IMG/VR virus record: IMGVR_UViG_3300025018_000497
Location: 1-25,635 of that record
Strand: one strand, 5' to 3'
Source of the DNA: a virus
Taxonomy: Duplodnaviria > Caudoviricetes
Length of the DNA: 25,635 nt
In this document: piece after piece, positions 16,306 through 24,371 of the stretch
Layout: each line of letters begins with the position of its first letter
Position numbering within the stretch: position 1 is the first letter of the stretch
The notes under the pieces: generated by a model
Databases searched by the model: none
Seen by the model: the letters and a program-made list of their open reading frames with translations, nothing else
What the model was told of the DNA's origin: nothing
Made by a program: the position numbers and the translations under genes

Positions 16306-19300
16306 TGGCCAAGGATTGCTTCGATCGGGCTCTCGAGTCCCTCGGGCTCGTGGGCGATAAGGCCCTGCCGGACGCCGTGCTGGAAAAGACCCGGGGCAAG
16401 CTGAAAAGCCTCGTAGCTTTCCTCGATGAAAAACGCAAGGATCCCGGAACCCCTTTTTCCGAGTCGGCCTCCGATTCACTCGTCCGGCAGCACCTTGAGA
16501 AAGCGATAGAGCAGCTTCGCATCGAAGCCAAGATAGCCGCGGCCAACAGATACCGTAATCTGAAGGCGCGGATGCGGATTGCGGATAGGATCGCGTCTGT
16601 GTGGAAGGACAACCCCTCAGAAGGGCTGAAGGCCCTCATGTACGGCTCGCTTTTTGACAGAGTCGGGTCAAGGAACGCACTCGGCGTCCGGGTCGCGGCT
16701 CGCCAAAAGCTCGAGGTTGCGCGGTTTCAGAATCGGATGGAAGCCGCGGGGTTACTCGATATTGCAGGGAGCCGGGAGAATACTCGGGAAATTTTCAGGG
16801 CACTTCGCCTGATCAGTGAGAAAGGAGATCTGTCAAAAATCAGCCCGAAAGTACGCGAAACGGCCTTGGTTATTCGCGAGTTTCAGCAAAAGATGCTTGT
16901 GGAGGCCAACGAAAACGGCGCGTGGCGCGGGGAGAACGACACGTTCGTTTTTAGCCGGCACCACGATCAGGATGCCATCTACCACGCCGCGGGAATGGGC
17001 GCGAGCTCCGTCGAGAATCAGAAAGCCTGGGTGGACTGGATGATGGAATCCCTGGACTTTGACAAGTCGTTCCCGTTCATGCCCACAAAAGAACGCCGCG
17101 ACGCCCTGAGCCGCGCTCATGCCGCACACGCTTCTGGCGAGCACGTCTACAGCAAGGCTCTTGCTGACGCTCCCGGCGCCAAGATGGATCTGGTCCTGGG
17201 AGAAGCGAACGTCGCCAGCAAGCTAAGCCGCACCCGAGTGTACCACTTCAAAAATGCGGACCTGGACTACGAATACCATTCCCGCTGGGGAGGGGACCTG
17301 ACCGCGGCCGAAGTCATGATGCAAGCCATCTCCTTTCACGCGAGAGACGTCGAGATTCTTCGCGTCATGGGGCCAAACGCCCGTCAAAATTTCCAAACAC
17401 TGGTGGAGGAGCTGCAGCGGTACGCGGGCAAGCAACCGGGCGGTGGCCCGGAAATTCTCAAGATAGCGAGCGAGGCAGACTGGATTAACAGGTATATCTG
17501 GCCTCAGCTCACGGGGGAAAACGGACTCCGAAAGTATGACGCCGACAGATGGCTGGGCAGAGTTTTCCAGTGGCTGCCCGTGGTCGGACCGAGCGCGGCG
17601 AGAGCTATCCGCCAGGGGAGGGGGTGGGATGGGTTTAGCCTGATGTTGGACGCCGCGCTGCTCGGCGGAGCGGGGGTATCTACTTTTTCTGATGGCCCTG
17701 CGTTCGGAAACACACTGGCTCGGTACTCGAGCCGCAGTGCCAAACGCCTGAACGCGGTTGTGCGCGGTAATGCGGAGCACCTGCGCAATTTCGCCGAGGC
17801 GTTCACGGTAGATATGTGGCGGGACTACGGTCCTACGAGCTCAAAAGTCTTCCCCCTGGCTCGCAAGCATCTACTGGCCGACTTGGCTGTTTATGTCGGC
17901 CACTCTGCGGACCCCAGCGGCAGAACGGGCGCGGGTCCTGAGCTTCTCGCCCATCCGGGCTGGGCCACCCGGGCCATGCAGAGCTTCCTGAAGCTCACAA
18001 GACTGACCACCGTTTCTGACAAGGACAAGGCTTCCATCACCACGATGATCGCGGGAGGACTGGGGACTCGGAAAGATATACCCTTTGACGAACTTACTGG
18101 GATCGATCAGGGGTACCAGGATTTCCTACGTCAAGCCGACATCAGCTCAGAGGAGTGGGACTTTTTACGCGGAGAGGCGCTCCAGAAGGACCTTTTCACG
18201 GGGCAAGAGTACCTGACGGTCCGCACCGCGGAGAACATCCCTGACGCCGTAATGATGGGCCACCCTGTCGTCTCCGAGTTCCAAAGATCCCTTCTCGCTC
18301 AAAACGAGAAGTACGTGGCCCAGTTGAAAGCTGACAAGGAAAAGTTCATTCGGCGTCGAAATGACAACGAGGACAAAGTCTCCCAGAAACTGAAATCCGC
18401 TGAGGCTACGCTGGAGAAGCGCAAGACCGCGAGCGTAGGAAAGCAGGACCGCGTTCTCGACCGCGTCGAAAAGTCCTTTGAGCTGATCAGGGCGCAGAAG
18501 GAGCACTTGGAAGCCCTGACGGGGCTACACGCGTTCCTCGACCAGGAAGACGCTCGTCTGGGGATTGATGACGTGATTGATGAGGTTCTGTATGACGCTG
18601 ACGTGGCGCCGTCCGCTGAATCGGTGTCCCCCTTCCGCAAGGCGTACGAGGAACTCGATGAGAAGGGCAGGGGATACGTCCCTATCCATAAACTGAGGGA
18701 AAAGATCGGAGTCCCCGCGGAGGAGTTTGACAAACAACTCGCGGCACTTCGAAGGAGCAAAGACGTCGAGCTCGAGGTCGGTACCCCAAGCGACTATACC
18801 CGGGAGCAGGTGGACAACTCTCTCATGGTCGACGGATCGCTGTACCTTTCGGTCAGCTGGATTGGCGACGTTAAAAAGAGCGAGGGCGCGCGTGTTCCTC
18901 TTACTAAGGGGCCTCGACGCAAGGCTTACCGGGAGCTCCGGGAGCAAGGGCGCTCACAGGCGACGAAGGGACAGCGACTGGGCGCGAGCAGAGAAAGGAC
19001 TTCCGCGAGGGTCAAAGCTCTGACCCAGCAACTCGACGACGTGGTAAAGGCCACGACAGCGCACATCCGGAAAACGGACACCGATTTTTTAGCCCGGGTG
19101 CAGTTTATCCTCGACAGCCACAGCAAATGGGTCGCGACGGCGGAGACTCGAATCGAAGCCAAAGAAGCCCGGCTCAAGGAGTTCCAGTCCAGGATTGGCG
19201 ACCGGGTGATCAAGGAAGCCCACCGCGTTCGAAGCGATATGGCGAGTCGAATAGCAGGTATGTTCAACGTAGTAGCGGGGATGGCGACGAATGAGCCTGA

Positions 19301-19967
19301 CGTTCGGACTCGTCCGTGGGCTTCGGGAGCCGTGCTTGCCGGCGGACCGCCTAACGCCTTCACCAGGATGCTCATGAAGTACAAGGGCTTCGTCGCGTCT
19401 CTTACGAGCAATCACATTCTCGGGGGGTTGCGAGGATACGACCCAAACGGGGCTATCGGGAAAGAGGGACTTGTCGCAACGGCGGCTTTCCTAGCGCAGG
19501 CTGTCATGTCCGGGATGGCACTCTGGACGCTCCAGGAAATGATCAAGGGAAATTCTCCGCCGCTTCCAACGGGGGAAAAAGGAGTGTGGAAGTACCTGCT
19601 CCGATCAGCGGCAGCGGCGGGGGCTCTCGGGGCCATAGGAGATGCCGCTTTCGTCGATACGAGCGGGTATGGTCGCAGCTTCACGACGAGCATGGCCGGT
19701 CCCGCGATAGGATTCGCCGATGACGTCCACTCAGCATTTAGTTCCGTGTTTCAGGAAGCAGACGCGAAGGGAGCAGCCAAGAAAATCGCCAAGCTCACGG
19801 CGCGAAACCTTCCGGGGCAAAACCTCTGGATGACCCGCTGGGCCTTCGACGGGTTGCTCAAACACTCTCTCGAAGAGTACTTTAGCCCGGGGGCGGGCAA
19901 AAAGCGCGCCAGGGCCATGTGGGAATCAACTCGCCAAGTTTCAGTGTGGAACCGCCAGGAGCGATAG
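16305..19967 (+). CDS. Large internal virion (ejection) protein, gp16-like, with a coiled-coil/winged-helix-like insertion
   Basis: ATG 16305 overlaps the previous TGA. R.YHFK.AD, MGPN, .YKGF, GALG..GD and NLPGQNLW motifs, and hydrophobic C-terminal helices. Confidence 0.8.
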   Translation: MAKDCFDRALESLGLVGDKALPDAVLEKTRGKLKSLVAFLDEKRKDPGTPFSESASDSLVRQHLEKAIEQLRIEAKIAAANRYRNLKARMRIADRIASVWKDNPSEGLKALMYGSLFDRVGSRNALGVRVAARQKLEVARFQNRMEAAGLLDIAGSRENTREIFRALRLISEKGDLSKISPKVRETALVIREFQQKMLVEANENGAWRGENDTFVFSRHHDQDAIYHAAGMGASSVENQKAWVDWMMESLDFDKSFPFMPTKERRDALSRAHAAHASGEHVYSKALADAPGAKMDLVLGEANVASKLSRTRVYHFKNADLDYEYHSRWGGDLTAAEVMMQAISFHARDVEILRVMGPNARQNFQTLVEELQRYAGKQPGGGPEILKIASEADWINRYIWPQLTGENGLRKYDADRWLGRVFQWLPVVGPSAARAIRQGRGWDGFSLMLDAALLGGAGVSTFSDGPAFGNTLARYSSRSAKRLNAVVRGNAEHLRNFAEAFTVDMWRDYGPTSSKVFPLARKHLLADLAVYVGHSADPSGRTGAGPELLAHPGWATRAMQSFLKLTRLTTVSDKDKASITTMIAGGLGTRKDIPFDELTGIDQGYQDFLRQADISSEEWDFLRGEALQKDLFTGQEYLTVRTAENIPDAVMMGHPVVSEFQRSLLAQNEKYVAQLKADKEKFIRRRNDNEDKVSQKLKSAEATLEKRKTASVGKQDRVLDRVEKSFELIRAQKEHLEALTGLHAFLDQEDARLGIDDVIDEVLYDADVAPSAESVSPFRKAYEELDEKGRGYVPIHKLREKIGVPAEEFDKQLAALRRSKDVELEVGTPSDYTREQVDNSLMVDGSLYLSVSWIGDVKKSEGARVPLTKGPRRKAYRELREQGRSQATKGQRLGASRERTSARVKALTQQLDDVVKATTAHIRKTDTDFLARVQFILDSHSKWVATAETRIEAKEARLKEFQSRIGDRVIKEAHRVRSDMASRIAGMFNVVAGMATNEPDVRTRPWASGAVLAGGPPNAFTRMLMKYKGFVASLTSNHILGGLRGYDPNGAIGKEGLVATAAFLAQAVMSGMALWTLQEMIKGNSPPLPTGEKGVWKYLLRSAAAAGALGAIGDAAFVDTSGYGRSFTTSMAGPAIGFADDVHSAFSSVFQEADAKGAAKKIAKLTARNLPGQNLWMTRWAFDGLLKHSLEEYFSPGAGKKRARAMWESTRQVSVWNRQER

Positions 19968-19969
19968 CC

Positions 19970-20407
19970 ATGAACAAAAAGGTACTTGCACTCGTCACGT
20001 TGGCACACCTCGGCCTTCTGGCCCCGGTGTTCGCCGGGAAAAAGAGGGTCGAGGCGACTGAGATCCTGGCCACCGGCGCCATCACAGCGGGATCGGACGT
20101 GATGTCCGATCCCATCGTCGTCATGGACACGGACGATGTTGTCCTGCGCGTGGAGCACGACGGTCTCTCGCTGAGCGAAACCGTGAACGTGACAACGATG
20201 CAGCAACTGGACGGAGTGTGGAGAATAGTCGGCCTGGCCACGATGAAAACGATTGGCCAGCGGGGAGCGGGGGGCGCAGCGAGCGGGGAGGATTACCCCG
20301 TGTACTTCACCCCCGGCGCCCGGGCTTTGAAATTCGAAGTTGGCCTGGATACCGGGTCTGCGAACGTCACCTTGACGGCGGGAACCCGAAAAGAGGAAGT
20401 CCGATAA
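19970..20407 (+). CDS. Small beta-sandwich protein with an N-terminal signal-peptide-like leader
   Basis: AGGAG RBS then ATG 19970; MNKK-VLALVTLAHLGLLAP-VFA|G; mature part about 123 aa, beta-rich. Confidence 0.8.
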   Translation: MNKKVLALVTLAHLGLLAPVFAGKKRVEATEILATGAITAGSDVMSDPIVVMDTDDVVLRVEHDGLSLSETVNVTTMQQLDGVWRIVGLATMKTIGQRGAGGAASGEDYPVYFTPGARALKFEVGLDTGSANVTLTAGTRKEEVR

Positions 20408-22233
20408 TGAAAGCCAGAAAGCTCTTTCTTCTTCTCGAGGTCGCGATCGCGGCTCCTTTGCTGGTTGCGGGGGTTAACCTGGGCTTATTCCTCGCAGGAA
20501 TAGAAGTCGATATCCCCAGCGCGGACCTCGTAGACCAGCGAGTCGTAACCTACGACGCTGCCAGCAATACGCTGAAGCTCGTGACCGCGCCAGGGGGAGG
20601 CGCGGGAGATGTCACGGCGGGGGCAAACCTGGCGAACAATGGCGTTGTCACCGGAGACGGCGGAGCCAAGGGCGTCAAAACGGATTCCGTTGCAACTCTG
20701 GTTGCGGGGCTTTTCACCACGGCCAACGTATCCGCGACAGATGCCGGCGTCACGAGCCCCTCGGTCTTTGTCACGGGCGGAGGCAACGACGATCCCGACC
20801 TGGTGGTTACCGGAGACGGGACCGTATCTGGCCTCTTCACCACGGCTAACGTATCCGCTACCGACGCCGGCGTCACAAGCCCTTCGATCTTTGTCACGGG
20901 CGGCGGTAACAGCGACCCGGACCTGGTCGTCACCGGAGACGCGGACATATCCGGAAACACGTCGATCACGGGTGGTATCTCTGGAGCTTTTGTCACAGGG
21001 TCCATCATTGAGCCCAGCGGTTATGTCCGTACCCCAAAGGTGAAGTTTACCGATGGGACGGAGATGACGACGGCGGCAGTATCGTCTTTTAGTGGTGATG
21101 TTTCTACCACAGTGGATGGGTTTTTGAGTGATTCGGCAGGACCGCTGCCTATCTCCTCGAATACGTCAATCACAGCTCAAGTATCGGCGGAAACACTTGA
21201 GCTGGCTCCTACAACGGGATACGCCTTGGAAGTGCACCCTGGAACTAGGCAAGGGATTCATACGGTAGACGTTGGTAATGTTTTTGACAATTCGAGCGCG
21301 GGCGGCTTGCCAGCAGCGGTTACTATGACCGGCGCTTTTGGCACGTCTAATAGTAACTATACACCGGCCTTTTATGCGAGCATAGTTAATAATTTAAGCC
21401 AAACCTTCTATTTCTATATGGGACGCGCTGAAAACGAACCACAGGTCCTGACTAATACTCGAATTGCTTGGCCGGGTCAGAGTCGTATAAGTGGGGTCAG
21501 TTGGTTGGGTAGCGCCCTCGGGATATCCTTCGCCATAATTCCTAATGATAACTTGAACCTTGATTCTGTCAGCGGTACTGGCGAGATTAATTGTAATATG
21601 ACGATTGATATGCTATCGGCCAGCCGTGATATCCGTATGGCAGGAGGGGATATCTTTGACGATACAGGCTCGTTACTACTTGCTGATGATGTAGAGGTTA
21701 CCGGAGACGTTACCGTAACGCGTACTATGTCCTCCGGTTCCGTCTTGTCTTACTCGACAGCGATGGTACCCGTTACTCTGTTCGTCGCAGTAGAAGATTC
21801 TACTGCGATTGCGAGCACGACTACGGAGACACCTTTCGACAATATTGGGCTGGTTCTGAAAGCGGATACCCTTGGCGTTTCTACTACGTACCGGTACTCA
21901 GCTTGGGGTTCGGTAGGGTCTACGGCCACTCCCAACATCACGCTTGACCTCGATTTCGAAGGCGTTGACCTTGCGACAGCCACGTTTACTGCGATTACCT
22001 CCCCGGACTGGGTCGTTGACGGCTTGATTACTGTTCGTGGTTCAGGCGGTTCCGCCCCTACTCGTGGGTATCTTCACGGTGACGTTGGCACTATCTCTGG
22101 CATAGGCACAACCGATGCGACCGTTGATACAAGCGTCGAGAATGAAGTCCACCTCACTGCGGAATGGTCCGCGGCCGATGCGTTAAACACTATCACCTGT
22201 AAGGGCTTCGTTTTCGAGGCGGTTCGACCATGA
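20407..22233 (+). CDS. Tail fibre/receptor-binding-like protein with an N-terminal signal-peptide-like leader
   Basis: ATG 20407 coupled to the upstream TAA, GAGG upstream. G/T/V/S-rich with fibre-type motifs GGGAGDVT, VTGD repeats and KFTDGT.MTTA, and a beta-rich C-terminal tip domain. Confidence 0.8.
   Translation: MKARKLFLLLEVAIAAPLLVAGVNLGLFLAGIEVDIPSADLVDQRVVTYDAASNTLKLVTAPGGGAGDVTAGANLANNGVVTGDGGAKGVKTDSVATLVAGLFTTANVSATDAGVTSPSVFVTGGGNDDPDLVVTGDGTVSGLFTTANVSATDAGVTSPSIFVTGGGNSDPDLVVTGDADISGNTSITGGISGAFVTGSIIEPSGYVRTPKVKFTDGTEMTTAAVSSFSGDVSTTVDGFLSDSAGPLPISSNTSITAQVSAETLELAPTTGYALEVHPGTRQGIHTVDVGNVFDNSSAGGLPAAVTMTGAFGTSNSNYTPAFYASIVNNLSQTFYFYMGRAENEPQVLTNTRIAWPGQSRISGVSWLGSALGISFAIIPNDNLNLDSVSGTGEINCNMTIDMLSASRDIRMAGGDIFDDTGSLLLADDVEVTGDVTVTRTMSSGSVLSYSTAMVPVTLFVAVEDSTAIASTTTETPFDNIGLVLKADTLGVSTTYRYSAWGSVGSTATPNITLDLDFEGVDLATATFTAITSPDWVVDGLITVRGSGGSAPTRGYLHGDVGTISGIGTTDATVDTSVENEVHLTAEWSAADALNTITCKGFVFEAVRP
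20707..20952 (+). repeat. Tandem 123-bp (41-aa) duplication inside the fibre gene
   Basis: GLFTTANVSATDAGVTSPS[V/I]FVTGGGN[D/S]DPDLVVTGD at 20707 and again at 20830. Confidence 0.95.
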
Positions 22234-22715
22234 CGTATAACCTGGCAGATATTGCCGATGCAGTGGAGATGTCGGTAGATGTCAGGTGGGGTCCGGGTAT
22301 CCCCTACCAGGGGGCCCAACAAATAACCGAGATAACGTGGACCGTGAATACAACTATTGGCCTTCTGAAGGTCGGGCATGCGGTGGAGGACGTCCGAAAA
22401 TACTCGGAAGATTACCTTTTTGTCTTCGACCCCACTGACGGGAATAGGATCTCCCTGCCCTTAGCCGAGAGGTTATTAACCGCTGGAGACCGGGTGTCAG
22501 TCGTCAACAGAGACTGGCAAAGGGAAGCTTCTGTCATTGCTCTGGACGAAACAAACGTTCCTCCAGGCTGGGCCTGGATCATCTTCGACGACGGCCATCA
22601 TATCACCGAGGGCGATTCCGGAAGCGCTGTCGTAGACCCGCTCTCCGGGGAGTTATACGGGATGGCCTATTGGACGGGAAACATGATACTTCTCAACTCA
22701 CGAATAAGACTGTAG
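22230..22715 (+). CDS. Trypsin-like (clan PA) serine protease, unusually short
   Basis: GDSGSAVVD...GELYGM (GDSGS at 22611-22625), candidate catalytic His in KVGHAV and Asp in EDYLF; ATGA coupling to the fibre gene. Confidence 0.7.
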   Translation: MTYNLADIADAVEMSVDVRWGPGIPYQGAQQITEITWTVNTTIGLLKVGHAVEDVRKYSEDYLFVFDPTDGNRISLPLAERLLTAGDRVSVVNRDWQREASVIALDETNVPPGWAWIIFDDGHHITEGDSGSAVVDPLSGELYGMAYWTGNMILLNSRIRL

Positions 22716-22739
22716 TCACTTTTTGCGCGGGAGAATTCA

Positions 22740-22850
22740 ATGAAGATTGGCCCCTTTTTTGGCCTGATCCCCGCGAGTGCAGCACTGGCGGTCGGGGACG
22801 ACGGCGTAAACCGCGACGGTCCGGGTCTCCGCGTCGCTGGGGCCCGATGA
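22740..22850 (+). CDS. 36-aa mini-ORF with a signal-peptide-like N-terminus (not in the ORF track)
   Basis: GGGAG RBS, ATG 22740: MKIGPFFGLIPASAALAVGDDGVNRDGPGLRVAGAR*. Its stop overlaps the next ATG (ATGA). Confidence 0.45.
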   Translation: MKIGPFFGLIPASAALAVGDDGVNRDGPGLRVAGAR

Positions 22851-22939
22851 CTCACGACGTGGACGTAGCGTGGCGCACGATCACGGTGGGCGTGCTCGTC
22901 TCGGCGCTGATCGCGATAGGCATTTATCCTTGGCCCTGA
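22847..22939 (+). CDS. 30-aa single-transmembrane mini-protein
   Basis: MTHDVDVAWRTITVGVLVSALIAIGIYPWP*; ATGA-coupled to the upstream mini-ORF and ends at the RBS of the next gene. Confidence 0.55.
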   Translation: MTHDVDVAWRTITVGVLVSALIAIGIYPWP

Positions 22940-22948
22940 AGGAGACTC

Positions 22949-23350
22949 ATGACTCCCGGTATCGCACCCATGTACGCATCAGAAGCCACGGCCCTCATCC
23001 GCGCAACGATCGCGGAAGAGCGCCTTGTTACGGACCGGGCGCTGAACGACTTGAAGAGTCAAGTAGCCGAGGGGAACCTCGGCTTGTCAAAACAGCTCGA
23101 CGAGCTGAGCCGGAAGCTCGCCCCCCTCTGGGCCCAAGCGCGGGAAAACGAAAGGGGAATAAAGGCCCTGCGGGAGCGATCAACTCCAGCCCCCCCGCCT
23201 TCGTCAGCGCGGTGGCGAGACCGGATCGCAGGATCTATCCTGGGAGCACTCATCGTCGCGGTGATAGCGTTCCCGGGCATGATCACCGCGGCAGCCGCCG
23301 CGGCGACTGGGCTAGCGGGGCTCATCGTAAAACTGAGAGGGACACCATGA
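22949..23350 (+). CDS. Coiled-coil protein with C-terminal transmembrane segment(s), lysis-cassette accessory
   Basis: AAGGAG RBS; heptad-rich N-half; hydrophobic IAGSILGALIVAVIAFPGMITAAAAAATGLAGLIV. Confidence 0.65.
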   Translation: MTPGIAPMYASEATALIRATIAEERLVTDRALNDLKSQVAEGNLGLSKQLDELSRKLAPLWAQARENERGIKALRERSTPAPPPSSARWRDRIAGSILGALIVAVIAFPGMITAAAAAATGLAGLIVKLRGTP

Positions 23351-23607
23351 AATTCCTGGCTGGGCTGTTTGGTTCTCGTTCCGTCGCGCTCGGCGCAACG
23401 GGGTTCATTTCCCAGATCCTGCTTTTTGTGTTGGCCCAGTACATGGAGATCCCCGCCGACGGCCAGCTCGAGAACATGATCCTCAGTCTCTCGGCAGGGA
23501 TTTGGACCTTCGTCGGCACTCGAATCCTCCATTTCGGCGCCGACGCCAACGCCGCAGCCGTCGCGGATAACACGGCAGCGATTCGCGAGACGCGGAAGGG
23601 ACCCTGA
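23347..23607 (+). CDS. Probable holin (two transmembrane helices)
   Basis: ATG 23347 (ATGA overlap); 86 aa, two hydrophobic segments, charged C-terminus; directly before the endolysin. Confidence 0.65.
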   Translation: MKFLAGLFGSRSVALGATGFISQILLFVLAQYMEIPADGQLENMILSLSAGIWTFVGTRILHFGADANAAAVADNTAAIRETRKGP

Positions 23608-24371
23608 TGCCATCCGCGAAGAAACTTCCCTTGGAAATCATCCAGCTCGCTCGCCTTATCCCCGGTCCACTCCCCCCTTCCTACGCGATCGCGCAGGCCA
23701 TCCTCGAAACAGGATGGTTTAGGAGTTCTTTGTACTCCGAGGGCAACAATCCCTTCGGAATGAAGTCAAGTATAAGTCCGGAGTTTTCGCAGTACGAATC
23801 CGGCGTGATGAAACTTACGCCGGGTCCGGATTCGATCGAATACTCGAAGCATAGCTCCCTTGAGCGGGCGTTCCGGAAGAGGGACGCGTTGCTCAGCAGA
23901 TACATGAGGAACGGCTTGGACACCCTGGAAAGCATGATGAGCACCTGGTGCCCCGACCCGGGATACCTGGACAAGCTGAAAGCGATCCGGAGCCAGGAGC
24001 GCCTCGAAAGGTTTGATGCCCCCGTGAAAAGCCCCAAAGATAAAGTCGAAGAAATACCCACTCTGGCGTGGCAGCGATTTCTCGAGGCGATGCTGCAAAT
24101 CCCGCGGTTCGGAAAAGTTGTCCAGCTAGCTTTGACATTTCCGAAATACGTCGAGGACGCGGAGCGGTCCGGGAAGGACGGGCCCGGGAAACTCGAGTAC
24201 GTTGTCGAGCGCGTATACGACAGGGTCGACGACGCGCTTGGGATTCCTTGGTTCCTGGACTCCTGGGTCAAACAGCAACTCGCGCCGATCGTGGCTTTCG
24301 TTGTCGAAAAGTACAATGCTTACTACGGCAAGGACTGGGGAAACTCCGAAAACACGAAGTTCTGGGGTTAA
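23607..24371 (+). CDS. Endolysin, GH73 glucosaminidase-like, with an extra C-terminal helical domain
   Basis: AIAQAILETGW...NNPFGMK GH73 signature and WCPDPGY..KL in place of YATDP.Y. Confidence 0.85.
   Translation: MPSAKKLPLEIIQLARLIPGPLPPSYAIAQAILETGWFRSSLYSEGNNPFGMKSSISPEFSQYESGVMKLTPGPDSIEYSKHSSLERAFRKRDALLSRYMRNGLDTLESMMSTWCPDPGYLDKLKAIRSQERLERFDAPVKSPKDKVEEIPTLAWQRFLEAMLQIPRFGKVVQLALTFPKYVEDAERSGKDGPGKLEYVVERVYDRVDDALGIPWFLDSWVKQQLAPIVAFVVEKYNAYYGKDWGNSENTKFWG

Noticed and set aside
20218-20406. Longer starts given in the ORF track for the fibre (20218) and for ORFs at 19919, 16278, 10987, 22870 and 25467
   Set aside because: They overlap upstream genes extensively. Downstream ATGs have RBSs or stop/start coupling.
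20407-22233. Diversity-generating retroelement target, as in BPP-1 mtd
   Set aside because: No reverse transcriptase gene and no template/variable repeat pair differing at adenines in this window. The 123-bp and 24372/25417 repeats do not show adenine-specific differences.
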